Origin: Anaerohalosphaeraceae bacterium
Lineage (GTDB): Bacteria > Planctomycetota > Phycisphaerae > Sedimentisphaerales > Anaerohalosphaeraceae
Length of the DNA stretch: 64,000 nt
Direction of reading: 5' to 3'
NCBI GenBank assembly: GCA_050309605.1
Contig: JBNRMN010000068.1
Location: 1 to 64,000 of the forward strand
Shown here piece after piece: positions 38,828 to 48,527 of the stretch; the stretch's first letter is position 1, and every line of letters starts with the position of its first letter. Position numbers and translations under genes: made by a program. The notes under the pieces were generated by a model. The model saw only the letters and a list, made by a program, of their open reading frames with translations, was not told the DNA's origin and did not search any database.

Positions 38828-39979
38828 ATGCGGAACCAATTTCAACACATGGAAAGTGAACGCTGGATTGAATCGGTCGTTATTACCCTGATGGCCATCG
38901 GGACGGTGTTTGTCTATTCGGCCGGGGCGACCGTTACCGGCGGTTATGACTTGTCGCGTTTTTACGATTCGACCGTCCTCAAACAGCTTGTCTTTTTTCC
39001 GCTGGCAGTGGGTGTGATGTATCTGGTCTCTCTGGTTCCGTATCAGTGGTATCGACTGGAGCCGGGTCGGGCAGGCCGATCGCTGGTGCCGTATTTGTTC
39101 GTTATCAGTCTCCTGCTGCTGGTTGCGGTGCTGATCTGGGGTGTGGAGCGAAACTATTCCAAACGCTGGCTGGATATTGCGCCGGGGCCGGCGTATGTCA
39201 GTTTTCAGCCGTCGGAGCTGGCCAAGTGGGTGGTCATCATTTTTCTGGCGGCATATGCAGATCGATTTGCCGGCAGTATCCATCTGTATTGGAAACGATT
39301 TGTGCCTGCTTGTACAGCGACGGCTTTGGTAGTGGGGTTGATCATCATCGAAGATTTCGGGACGGCGGCTTTCATCGCGCTAATGGCGTTTGTGATGCTC
39401 TGGCTCGGCGGGGCGTTGTGGTGGCATTTTTTGACGCCGCTGCCGGTGCTGGTGCCGGGCTTTTTGGCGGCGATCGTGTCCAGTCCGACTCGAATGAATC
39501 GAATTAAAGACTTCATAAACCCTGAAACAATCCCTTATCAGGCCCGTCAATCACTGATCGCGATAGCGACCGGCGGTCTATGGGGCAAGGGACTGGGGCG
39601 CGGCATCCTCAAATACGGGCATTTGCCGGAAGATACCACCGATTTTATTTTTGCAATTATCGCTGAAGAGTTGGGCTTTGCCGCCTGCGCCCTGGTTATT
39701 GTCTTGTTTATCCTGTTTGCATTGTGGGGATTGGTCGCTGCATGGCGCTGTCAAGACCGCTTCGGGCGATTGCTGGCCGCGGGGATTGTTCTGGCGATTA
39801 CGTGTCAGGCGGCTTTTAACATCGGGGTAGTGACGGTTGTCTTGCCGACCAAAGGGATTCCCTTGCCGTTTATCAGCGCCGGCGGGACAAGCCTGCTCTT
39901 AACCAGCGCAGCGGTCGGCATCGTCCTTAACGTCGCTCGACAAGAGCGAACAATTTCCCGATCATTCATACCGCAATGA
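38828..39979 (+). CDS. ftsW: SEDS-family peptidoglycan glycosyltransferase FtsW
   Basis: RW, FQPSELAK, DFGT, GGLWGKG, LPE..TDFIFAIIAEELG, PTKG..LPFISAGG; overlaps murG. Confidence 0.9.
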   Translation: MRNQFQHMESERWIESVVITLMAIGTVFVYSAGATVTGGYDLSRFYDSTVLKQLVFFPLAVGVMYLVSLVPYQWYRLEPGRAGRSLVPYLFVISLLLLVAVLIWGVERNYSKRWLDIAPGPAYVSFQPSELAKWVVIIFLAAYADRFAGSIHLYWKRFVPACTATALVVGLIIIEDFGTAAFIALMAFVMLWLGGALWWHFLTPLPVLVPGFLAAIVSSPTRMNRIKDFINPETIPYQARQSLIAIATGGLWGKGLGRGILKYGHLPEDTTDFIFAIIAEELGFAACALVIVLFILFALWGLVAAWRCQDRFGRLLAAGIVLAITCQAAFNIGVVTVVLPTKGIPLPFISAGGTSLLLTSAAVGIVLNVARQERTISRSFIPQ

Positions 39980-41115
39980 GGCAAGCAGACGTGACAAATA
40001 TGGAAATGCAGCGAACACAATTTTTCTTTTCAGGCGGCGGCACCGGCGGACATATTTACCCTGCGCTGGCGATTGCAGAGGAACTGACGCGGCGGTGTCC
40101 AAAGGCCCAGCCGGTTTTTTTTTGCAGCAGCCGAGCCGTCGATGCGCGGATCTTAGCCCGGACGGCGTATGAATTTTTTCCGCTCCCGGCCGAAGGATTT
40201 TCATCCAATCCGATTCAGGCCATCCGTTTTGGCGCCCAATTCCTGAAAAGCTACGCTTTTGCCAAACAGATCCTCCAGGCCGTCCGCCGGCAGGCGGTGG
40301 TTATGGGAACAGGCGGGTTTGTCTCGGCGCCGGTGATCCTTGCTGCCCATTCACTTAAGATACCTATATATATCCTCAATGTCGATTATGTGCCGGGCAA
40401 GGCCAACCGCCTGTTGGCGCGTTTTGCCCAAAACATCTTTACGCAGTTCAGCGATACGGCGAATGATTTGCCCAAACACAAAGAACGGATTACCGCGGTC
40501 GGCTGTCCGCTGCGCAGCAGCTTTGCCTCCCCCCATCCGGAAAACGCCCGTCGTACGCTTGGATTGGATGCGGACAAAAAAATCCTTCTTGTAACCGGTG
40601 CGTCCAGCGGCTCGCTGAGTATCAATCAGGCGATGGTCAGGCTTTTGCCGAAACTGGCCGACCTTGCGGGCTGCTGGCAGGTGGTGCATCTGACCGGACA
40701 GGCCCATTATGAAACCATGAAAGCCGCCGCGGCAAATGCGGCAATAGCGTACCATATCGTGGATTATTTTGATGAGATGGCGGATTTATATGCGGCCTCG
40801 GATATTATTATCGGACGTTCCGGCGCGGTCAGTGTCGCCGAGTACGCCGCGGCGGGGCGGGCGGCGATTTGTCTGCCTTATCCTTATCATAAAGATAAGC
40901 ATCAGCACTTGAACGCCTCCGGCCTGGTCAAGGCCGGCGGGGCGGTGATCGTAGAAGATAGGGTCGGCGATGTGGACACAACCGCTGTCGTTTTGCTGGA
41001 GGCCTTGCGCGCCCTGATGACAAATGATTCCCTTCGTGCGCAGATGGCCGCTGCCGCCGGTACGTGTGCTCGCCTGGATGCCGCCGCCCAGATTGCCGAC
41101 AGACTGTTGAGATAA
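39976..41115 (+). CDS. murG: MurG N-acetylglucosaminyl transferase
   Basis: GGGTGGHIYPA, GTGGFVS.P, PGKANR, G.S.GS..IN, RSGA, HQ..NA; exact start uncertain. Confidence 0.92.
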   Translation: MRQADVTNMEMQRTQFFFSGGGTGGHIYPALAIAEELTRRCPKAQPVFFCSSRAVDARILARTAYEFFPLPAEGFSSNPIQAIRFGAQFLKSYAFAKQILQAVRRQAVVMGTGGFVSAPVILAAHSLKIPIYILNVDYVPGKANRLLARFAQNIFTQFSDTANDLPKHKERITAVGCPLRSSFASPHPENARRTLGLDADKKILLVTGASSGSLSINQAMVRLLPKLADLAGCWQVVHLTGQAHYETMKAAAANAAIAYHIVDYFDEMADLYAASDIIIGRSGAVSVAEYAAAGRAAICLPYPYHKDKHQHLNASGLVKAGGAVIVEDRVGDVDTTAVVLLEALRALMTNDSLRAQMAAAAGTCARLDAAAQIADRLLR

Positions 41116-41223
41116 TCGATTCGAACGACGAGCTCTCTGAAATCTTCTTGATTTTTGCGTTCACACAGTTTAATGTATCTGTTTTGTCGGATGTCGGAAA
41201 TCAGCGTCTTGTATGGGGCGACA

Positions 41224-41727
41224 ATGAATGTGTGCGATTTTTCAAATTCCATCCACGATGACGAACGCTATATGCGGATGGCGATTGATCAGGCCTATAT
41301 TGCCGAGGAAAACGGCGATGTCCCCATCGGGTGTGTGGTCGTCTTTGAAGGCCGGGCTATCGCCAAGGCGTACAATCAGCGTCAACAGCTTCATGATCCG
41401 ACCGCGCACGCCGAGATTATCGCCTTGACTCAGGCATCGGAGTTCATCGGCAACTGGCGACTGCACGGCTGTACGATTTATGTGACGCTCGAGCCGTGTC
41501 CGATGTGTGCCGGGGCGCTGGTTCTGGCTCGTTTGGACAGGCTGGTCTATGGGACGGATGACCCAAAAACAGGAGCCTGTGGATCGCTTTACAATATCGT
41601 GCAGGACTCCCGCCTGAACCATCGCCTGGAAGTGCAATCGGGCATCTTGCAGCAGGATTGCAGGCAGCAGCTTCAGGCCTTTTTTCAGCGTCGTCGTCAA
41701 GAGAACGCCGGTTATCCCGGTGATTGA
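41224..41727 (+). CDS. tadA: tRNA adenosine(34) deaminase
   Basis: VPIG, DPTAHAE, WRL, TLEPCPMCAGA, DPKTGA, FF..RR. Confidence 0.93.
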   Translation: MNVCDFSNSIHDDERYMRMAIDQAYIAEENGDVPIGCVVVFEGRAIAKAYNQRQQLHDPTAHAEIIALTQASEFIGNWRLHGCTIYVTLEPCPMCAGALVLARLDRLVYGTDDPKTGACGSLYNIVQDSRLNHRLEVQSGILQQDCRQQLQAFFQRRRQENAGYPGD

Positions 41728-41858
41728 ACAGAGCCGATAAAACGTTGTTTTTTTCGGTTTGTCGTGGTATAAAAGACAGAAACACCTCGGTCCGGATCGG
41801 TTCAGGTCCGGTCCGTGAAATACAATGTCAGGCGTCATTAACCGAAAGGAGGCTCCCG

Positions 41859-43175
41859 TTGGCGGGCCGATATTCGCTGCGTACAATATGGGAAGATTTG
41901 GCACTGCCGGAGCTGGCGTATGCGTTTAAGCTGGCGGTCGGCCCGATCAAGCTCACGATTGCGTTTGCGGCGGTGGCGTCAATCTGCCTGGCCGGCTACC
42001 TGCTGGATCGATGCACGCGAACGGTCGTGGTTACGCCGGATTCTGTACAGCGACCGGTCGGACACGTCGGCTCGGTCATGCTGAGGGGGATCACCGAACT
42101 TGAGATGTACTTGATCTCTCCTGAACAGGTCAGTGAGTTTCTGAATCGCTATGAGGGACAGGCGCCGGGTCAGGGCGTGTTTTCGACGTTATGGACGTTT
42201 ACCGCCGGGCGGTTCAACGACGCCAGCAAGCAGTTGTTTAATCTGGGGCGGGCCAGTTTCTTCAGCAATATGGAATATGTTTTTGTCAACTTGTGGCTGT
42301 GTCTTCGGGCGATTGTCTGGGCCGTTCGGTTTCATCCCTGGTACAGTGCGATTTTTTTTACCTTTTCGTTTGTGGTATTGTGTTTTGCAGGGGGTGCGGT
42401 GTGCCGATGTGCGGCCCTGGAGTATGCCCGGAATGAAAAGCCGGGACTCTTTGAGGCGATTGAATTTGCCAGGGGAAAATTCCGTTCGCTGATATCAGCG
42501 CCGCTGCTGCCGGCAGTGCTGATGCTGGTTCCTGCGGCACTGGTGCTGGCGGCGGGAATGCTGGCGGCGGTTCCCCGGCTGGGCGAATTGGTCATCGGTC
42601 TGCTGTTCGGTCTGCTGGTGCTGTTCGGACTGGCGGTGGTCGGCATGATCCTGGGAGCTACAGCCGGCGGGCTGTTGCTGTTTCCTGCAGTGGCCTATGA
42701 GGCGACCACCGGGCGAGATGCCATCGGCAGAGCGGTCAGCTATGTGCTGAATCGGCCGCTGTGGATGCTGTTTTATCTCTTTGTCGCCGGCGTATTCGGA
42801 ACATTTTTTTATGTCCTGATTCGGCTGGTTGTTTATTTTGTCTTGAAGGTCGTCTATGGGCTGCTGGCCGGCGGGATGCTGCTGGTCAGCGGGAACATTG
42901 ATAAATTGCATCGGCTCTGGACAGGACCGGCATTATTTTCGTTGATGAGCCAGTCCAGCAACGCCGCCACGGGGTCCGAATCGGTCGGTGCATTCTTTAT
43001 TTATCTGTTTTTTCTGATTCTCATTGGAGTGCTGGCGGCCTACATTATCAGCTACGTGTTCTGTGCGTCCACTATCGTCTATGCCCTGGTCAGGAAAAAA
43101 GTTGACGGGGTGGCGGCCGAGACCGTTTATGTACCGCTTGCGTATGAACGCGCTAAAAATAATCCGAAACCGTAA
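41859..43175 (+). CDS. Multi-pass membrane protein of unknown function
   Basis: About 7 TM segments; AAAGGAGG SD before the in-frame TTG at 41859. Confidence 0.75.
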   Translation: MAGRYSLRTIWEDLALPELAYAFKLAVGPIKLTIAFAAVASICLAGYLLDRCTRTVVVTPDSVQRPVGHVGSVMLRGITELEMYLISPEQVSEFLNRYEGQAPGQGVFSTLWTFTAGRFNDASKQLFNLGRASFFSNMEYVFVNLWLCLRAIVWAVRFHPWYSAIFFTFSFVVLCFAGGAVCRCAALEYARNEKPGLFEAIEFARGKFRSLISAPLLPAVLMLVPAALVLAAGMLAAVPRLGELVIGLLFGLLVLFGLAVVGMILGATAGGLLLFPAVAYEATTGRDAIGRAVSYVLNRPLWMLFYLFVAGVFGTFFYVLIRLVVYFVLKVVYGLLAGGMLLVSGNIDKLHRLWTGPALFSLMSQSSNAATGSESVGAFFIYLFFLILIGVLAAYIISYVFCASTIVYALVRKKVDGVAAETVYVPLAYERAKNNPKP

Positions 43176-43201
43176 CTCGACCGAAGCGGGGATTTTCAAC
43201 C

Positions 43202-45370
43202 ATGCCGGACAACACAACACCGTCAAATGATACGGACTCAAACAACCGCGTGATGGCTGACCCATCCATACGCGATCTGCCGAAGGGATTGCTCCGATTT
43301 CGTCGGTGTCTGATTATGCTGGCCCACCTGGCCTGTTTTGTCGCGGCACTGGGATTGGCGTTTCTGTTTGCATTCAATATGCAGATTCTGCGAAAATGGT
43401 TCATCTACCAGTTTCCGATTCTGTTGGTGTTCTTTATTCCCGTTAAACTGATTGTCTTTGGCTGGTTTCGGCAGTACAGCGGATGGTGGCGGTATGTGGG
43501 GCTGTCGGATTTGCTGCAAATTGCCAAGGCCTCGCTGGTCAGCAGTATTGTGCTGATGGTCCTGTGGTATGGCTATGGTTTATTCGGGCAGCACGTCGTT
43601 CCGGATTCGGCGATTGAGGCGGTCAATGCCCGAACGACAGAGCTTGCACAGCGGATTGCAGAAGCGGTCAGCGATGAACAGACGCTTCAGCTGCGACAGG
43701 AATTATCGAACCTCAAAGGCCTTGAGGATATCCTTGAAGTCAGTCGTATTACACAGATTGTGGCCGAGGCCGAACTGCATCCGGTCAATAGTGAACAGCG
43801 TCTGGAACTGGTCCAGCGGCATCTTGAGCTGAAAGAGACGCAGCGCAAAATTGAAGGCGTCATCATGCTCGACTTGCTCACGACGATTATGCTGCTGGCC
43901 GGTTTGCGCATGCTGGTGCGGCTGTATCATGAGGAGTTTTTCTCCGAGACGCGCGGCTCGGCCCGACGCTTTTTGATCGTGGGGGCGGGCAATGCCGGCG
44001 AGGCGCTTCTGCGCGAGATGCTGCGGCGAAAAGACGTCCAGTATGAGGTGGTCGGATTCATTGACGATAACCCGGCCAAGATTGGAATGAGCATCCACGG
44101 CATTGAGGTACTGGGCAACGTTGATCAGATGCCGGCGATCTGCAAAAAAAACGATATTGACGAAATTGCCATCGCCATCCCCAGCGCCAGCCGAAAACAG
44201 CTTCGTCGCGTGGTGCAGGTGTGTGAAGGCACCAAGCTGCGATTCAGTATGGTGCCGTCACTGACGGATATCGCCTCCGGCAAGCTGCGGGTTTCGCAGA
44301 TGCGCGATGTGGACATCAACGATCTGCTCGGACGCGACGAGGTCAAACTGGATCTGGGTGACATAGAAAAATACCTCAAAGGGCGAACGATTCTGGTGAC
44401 CGGCGCCGGCGGTTCTATCGGCTCGGAAATGTGTCGGCAGGTCTGCGCCTTTGCGCCCAAGACGCTGCTGCTGGTCGAACAGGCCGAAAACCCCCTGTTT
44501 TATGTTGAACGGGAACTGCTCCGAAAATTTCCCGGTGTACCGATGCGTTCTCTTATTTGCGATATTACCGACAAGGGGCGTGTCGAGCAGCTTTTTTCAC
44601 AGTATCATCCGGAGATTGTCATTCACGCCGCCGCCCATAAACACGTCCCGCTGATGGAAAACAATCCCGGCGAGGCGGTCAAGAACAATGTCCTGGGTAC
44701 GTGCACCGTGGCCGATGCCGCCGATGCGCACGGCACGGCCGGCTTCGTGATGATCAGCACCGATAAAGCCGTCAACCCCACCAGTATCATGGGGGCCACC
44801 AAACGTGTGGCGGAGATGTATATCCAGGACTTGAACAATACCAGCAAGACGCGGTTTGTAACGGTGCGATTCGGCAATGTGCTCGGCTCCAACGGGTCGG
44901 TCGTTCCGATTTTCAAGCAGCAGATCGTCGGCGGCGGGCCGGTGACCGTGACCCACCCGGAAATGCGGCGCTATTTTATGACGATTCCCGAAGCCAGCCA
45001 GTTGGTACTTCAGGCCGCGGCGATGGGGCAGGGCGGCGAAATTTTTGTATTGGATATGGGGGAACCGGTCAAAATTGTGGATTTGGCACGGGAACTGATT
45101 ACGTTGAGCGGTTTTCGTCCCGGTGAGGATATTGAGATCGAGTTTTCCGGATTGCGACCCGGCGAAAAGTTATTTGAAGAGCTGAGCATTGAAGGCGAGG
45201 ACATGCTCCAGACCCGCCATCCCAAAATCGCCGTCTGGAAAAATATCCCCAAAGATCGCGAGACCTTACGTAAGAGTATTGCAGAACTCGTAAAGATCGC
45301 ACCTACACAAGACCGTCAAAAAATTATCGATGCCATCCGCACACTCGTGCCTGAGTTTATCTGTCAATAA
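43202..45370 (+). CDS. CapD/PglF-like membrane-bound nucleoside-diphosphate sugar 4,6-dehydratase
   Basis: GAGNAG, DINDLLGR, TGAGGSIGSE, HAAAHKHVP, STDKAVNP, MGATK, RFGNVLGS.GSV, RPGEKL.EEL. Confidence 0.93.
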   Translation: MPDNTTPSNDTDSNNRVMADPSIRDLPKGLLRFRRCLIMLAHLACFVAALGLAFLFAFNMQILRKWFIYQFPILLVFFIPVKLIVFGWFRQYSGWWRYVGLSDLLQIAKASLVSSIVLMVLWYGYGLFGQHVVPDSAIEAVNARTTELAQRIAEAVSDEQTLQLRQELSNLKGLEDILEVSRITQIVAEAELHPVNSEQRLELVQRHLELKETQRKIEGVIMLDLLTTIMLLAGLRMLVRLYHEEFFSETRGSARRFLIVGAGNAGEALLREMLRRKDVQYEVVGFIDDNPAKIGMSIHGIEVLGNVDQMPAICKKNDIDEIAIAIPSASRKQLRRVVQVCEGTKLRFSMVPSLTDIASGKLRVSQMRDVDINDLLGRDEVKLDLGDIEKYLKGRTILVTGAGGSIGSEMCRQVCAFAPKTLLLVEQAENPLFYVERELLRKFPGVPMRSLICDITDKGRVEQLFSQYHPEIVIHAAAHKHVPLMENNPGEAVKNNVLGTCTVADAADAHGTAGFVMISTDKAVNPTSIMGATKRVAEMYIQDLNNTSKTRFVTVRFGNVLGSNGSVVPIFKQQIVGGGPVTVTHPEMRRYFMTIPEASQLVLQAAAMGQGGEIFVLDMGEPVKIVDLARELITLSGFRPGEDIEIEFSGLRPGEKLFEELSIEGEDMLQTRHPKIAVWKNIPKDRETLRKSIAELVKIAPTQDRQKIIDAIRTLVPEFICQ

Positions 45371-45431
45371 GGGCAATGGACCAGAGCGTACAGTGGACAG
45401 CGCGCCTGCGCGGGAAGCATAATCGCGCACC

Positions 45432-46490
45432 CTATAACAGGCGTTTGACGATACTGCCCTGGACTTTGAGGCGGTCTTGACTGAACAGGGTAATGGCCTG
45501 GGGATAGGCGATGCATTCCTGTTCGAAGACGCGGTCGGCCAGCGTATCGGGGGTGTCGTCGTCGCGAACCTCACAGGCGCGCTGGATAATGATGGGGCCG
45601 GCGTCATACTCGTTGGTGCAAAAGTGCACCGTGCAGCCGCTGATCTTGCAGCCGGCTTTGAGTACCGCTTCATGGACGTGATGGCCCCACATTCCCTGTC
45701 CGCCAAACGACGGCAGCAGGGCCGGATGAATATTCATCACGCGATTGTTGTAGTGCGACGGGATATGCCATAGGCACAGCCAGCCGGCCTGAACGACCAG
45801 ATCGACCTGGGCCGCATCCAGTGTCTCGGTCAGGCGGGCGCTGAACGATTCAACATCAGAAAAATCCTTGCGTCGGATAATCTTTGGCTCAATCCCGATT
45901 TCACGTGCCCGCTTGACACCGGCAACCGTGGAGCGTGAACTGATGACCTGCACGATCTCGCTGTTGAGCCGTCCGGCGGCGATTTCATGGTGAATGTTCA
46001 GCAGGGTGCGTCCGCTACCGCTGAGCAGAATACCCAGACGAAGCGTTTTGCCGGACAATTCGGCCGGTGTCCGGTCGATGTCATGCTGAGCGTCCATCGC
46101 CATATTGGCCAATTGGTCGGCCTCGGCGTTTTGCTCGCGCGGCACATGGATGATGCGCCACGACTCAAAGCCGTTAAGCAGTTCCATACACCGCCGATAC
46201 AGCGGGCCGATGACGTCGCTTTTGACCTTGAAGCGGCCGTTGAGCTGCTGAACGATTAGATTGCTGTCGCTGTACAGCTCCACCTCACGGACGCCGAGCT
46301 GTTGGGCGTGTCGCAGGGCCTTGCCGACGGCGGTATATTCGGCGTAATTGTTGGTGACGTTACCCAGAAAAAAACCGCACGCCGCCAGCCGACGACCGCC
46401 GGTCTCGTCAATGGTGTAACCGGCCGCACCCGGCCCCGGATTGCCGCGGCTGCCGCCGTCGGTATGGATGATGACTTTCTGGATGCTCAC
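45432..46490 (-). CDS. purN: Ribonuclease HI - phosphoribosylglycinamide formyltransferase (PurN) fusion
   Basis: N-terminal TDGGSRGNPG, TNNYAEY, SDS, HVPRE.N..AD; C-terminal LSGSG, NIHPALLP.FGG, GCTVHF, YDAGPII; GTG start overlaps the upstream stop. Confidence 0.9.
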   Translation of the reverse strand: MSIQKVIIHTDGGSRGNPGPGAAGYTIDETGGRRLAACGFFLGNVTNNYAEYTAVGKALRHAQQLGVREVELYSDSNLIVQQLNGRFKVKSDVIGPLYRRCMELLNGFESWRIIHVPREQNAEADQLANMAMDAQHDIDRTPAELSGKTLRLGILLSGSGRTLLNIHHEIAAGRLNSEIVQVISSRSTVAGVKRAREIGIEPKIIRRKDFSDVESFSARLTETLDAAQVDLVVQAGWLCLWHIPSHYNNRVMNIHPALLPSFGGQGMWGHHVHEAVLKAGCKISGCTVHFCTNEYDAGPIIIQRACEVRDDDTPDTLADRVFEQECIAYPQAITLFSQDRLKVQGSIVKRLL

Positions 46491-47221
46491 GATTCGTGAT
46501 TTTTCAAATATAAAATCCGCGTGCAGTTGCTGCAGCGGATAATCTCGTCTTTGCCGGACAGGATGTTGACCACTTCGGCGGGGATGCCCATAAAACAACC
46601 CCCGCAATTGTACGCGATGGAACTTTCATCAACTTGCTCAACGGCCGCCATGGCTTCGCCGTCGTACGTCTCAGCAACCCGCTTGAAGATATTCAACGCT
46701 GCGACGGGCACTTTTTCGGCGGCGATGTCCCATTCTCGCTGGATTTCATCAATTTCCTTTTCAAGCTCCGCGGCCTTGGCGTCCACGTCCTGACGCACTT
46801 GATCCAGTTTGACCTTCTGTTCTTCTATCTGCGTTTGTATCTCAACGCAGGCGGCTTGATCGGTCTCGATATTTTTCATCAGATCAAGAACCTGACTTTC
46901 CAGCTTTGAATCATCGGCTTTAGCGGTATTCAATTCGGTCAAAATGGCTGAATACTCTTTGTTGGTGCGGGCCAGGTTCAGGGCGTTGCGGAGTTTGGTG
47001 ATCTGCTCATCGCGGCTTTTCAATTCAAGTTCAAGGCGATCGGCCTGGATTTTCCCCATTTTGATTTCCTCCTGCTTGACTTCCAGCCCGTTTTGGAGAG
47101 TGCGGAGTTGGTTTTCCTGGAAAAGCACGCTCCTTCGACAGCGCGCCAATTTGGCTTTCACCGCTCGAAGCCGGTTTTCCACCCGTTGTAGGTTCATTAA
47201 ACCATGCAATATCGGTCCCAT
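46487..47221 (-). CDS. C4-type zinc-ribbon/coiled-coil protein (DUF164/CT398-like)
   Basis: Long coiled coil, NKEY.A...E, CGGCF and C.NC.RILY. Confidence 0.9.
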   Translation of the reverse strand: MGPILHGLMNLQRVENRLRAVKAKLARCRRSVLFQENQLRTLQNGLEVKQEEIKMGKIQADRLELELKSRDEQITKLRNALNLARTNKEYSAILTELNTAKADDSKLESQVLDLMKNIETDQAACVEIQTQIEEQKVKLDQVRQDVDAKAAELEKEIDEIQREWDIAAEKVPVAALNIFKRVAETYDGEAMAAVEQVDESSIAYNCGGCFMGIPAEVVNILSGKDEIIRCSNCTRILYLKNHES

Positions 47222-47375
47222 TGCCCGTCCCTTTTCACTTTTTAATGCAACACCTGTCGTCAAAACCTTAATTATGAAGGCAAATTTATCTCTCTGCAAC
47301 AAAAATCCGAAAAAAACCGGATTCCAGGCCGCAGTTTGGCTTTTCTTTTGGGCGGCTGTCAGTATGATGTCGGCT

Positions 47376-48497
47376 ATGAAAACCCTGTTAAAACAACTGG
47401 TGGCCGCTGCGCCGACCGCGGACAACGGCGAACGGGCGGCCGCGGAAATACTGAAAGCGTACTTAACGCAGCACGGCCTGACGGCGGAAATCGACATCTG
47501 GGACGGCAAGCGGGCCAATGTGTGGGCCTATCTGAAAGCCGAGCGGGATGCGCGCTGCGCCCCGCTGCTGGTGGCGGGACACCTGGATGTGGTTCCCGCT
47601 GCGCCTGAGAAATGGACAACGCCGCCGTTTAAGGCGGACGAACGCGATGGACGACTCTACGGCCGCGGAACCAACGATATGCTCGGCGGGGTCACGGCGG
47701 TTGCAGCGGCATTGGTTCAGGCGGCTCGGCATCGCGACCGGCTGGGCGGCGATATCCTTTTTGCCGCAACCGCGGGTGAAGAGACCGACAGTTGCGGTAC
47801 AGCACGTTTCGTCCGGATGTATCGCAGCCGCTTTGCCGAGCCGGTGGGGGTGTTGATTCCCGAACCGACTGATTCACGGATCCTGCGGGCGCATCGGGGG
47901 ATTTTATGGCTGAAAATCGCCGCGCACGGCCGCACGGCGCACGGATCAATGCCGCATCTGGGCGTCAACGCCATCCTGAAAATCAATGCGGTGCTGAACC
48001 GGCTGGCCGCGTTGACCCTTCCCCATATGCCGCATCCGCTGCTGGGCGGCTGCTCGATGAGCGTCAACCGCATCGCCGGCGGTTCGGGGACCAATATTGT
48101 GCCGGAGTATTGTGCAATCGAAATCGACATCCGCACGCTGCCGGATCAGTCGCCTGAGGCTGTGGTCGAGCAGGTCAAGGCACTGCTGACCGAAATCGCC
48201 GAGGACGACCCGCAGTTTGAGGCCGAGGTGTCTGTTTTGCGTCGTGTGGACGCACTGGAAACCTCTGAGGACAGTCCTTTCGTCCGAGCCGTCTGTCGGA
48301 CGGTCGGGGACGATCAAACCGCCGCGGCGGGGTTTACCACCGATGGGCCGTATTTCGCGCCCTTGGGGCCGGTGCTGATCGTCGGACCGGGCAAGCCGGA
48401 ACTGTGCCACAAGCCGGATGAATACATCACGACCGATGCGCTGGAACAGGGCAAGGCGATGTATCTTCGAATCTTTCAGAATCGGTTGTCGCAATAA
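47376..48497 (+). CDS. M20-family metallopeptidase (ArgE/DapE-like)
   Basis: GHLDVVP, GRGTNDM.GG, GEE, EPT, AHGSMP..G.NAI, H.PDE. Confidence 0.9.
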   Translation: MKTLLKQLVAAAPTADNGERAAAEILKAYLTQHGLTAEIDIWDGKRANVWAYLKAERDARCAPLLVAGHLDVVPAAPEKWTTPPFKADERDGRLYGRGTNDMLGGVTAVAAALVQAARHRDRLGGDILFAATAGEETDSCGTARFVRMYRSRFAEPVGVLIPEPTDSRILRAHRGILWLKIAAHGRTAHGSMPHLGVNAILKINAVLNRLAALTLPHMPHPLLGGCSMSVNRIAGGSGTNIVPEYCAIEIDIRTLPDQSPEAVVEQVKALLTEIAEDDPQFEAEVSVLRRVDALETSEDSPFVRAVCRTVGDDQTAAAGFTTDGPYFAPLGPVLIVGPGKPELCHKPDEYITTDALEQGKAMYLRIFQNRLSQ

Positions 48498-48527
48498 GCA
48501 AGTGGTGGCTTTAGAACGGGAGTTGTT

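Noticed and set aside
46944..47375. Upstream extensions of the M20 peptidase ORF (from 46944) and the zinc-ribbon ORF (from 47518)
   Set aside because: They overlap the divergent gene; family motifs start at 47376 and 47221 respectively
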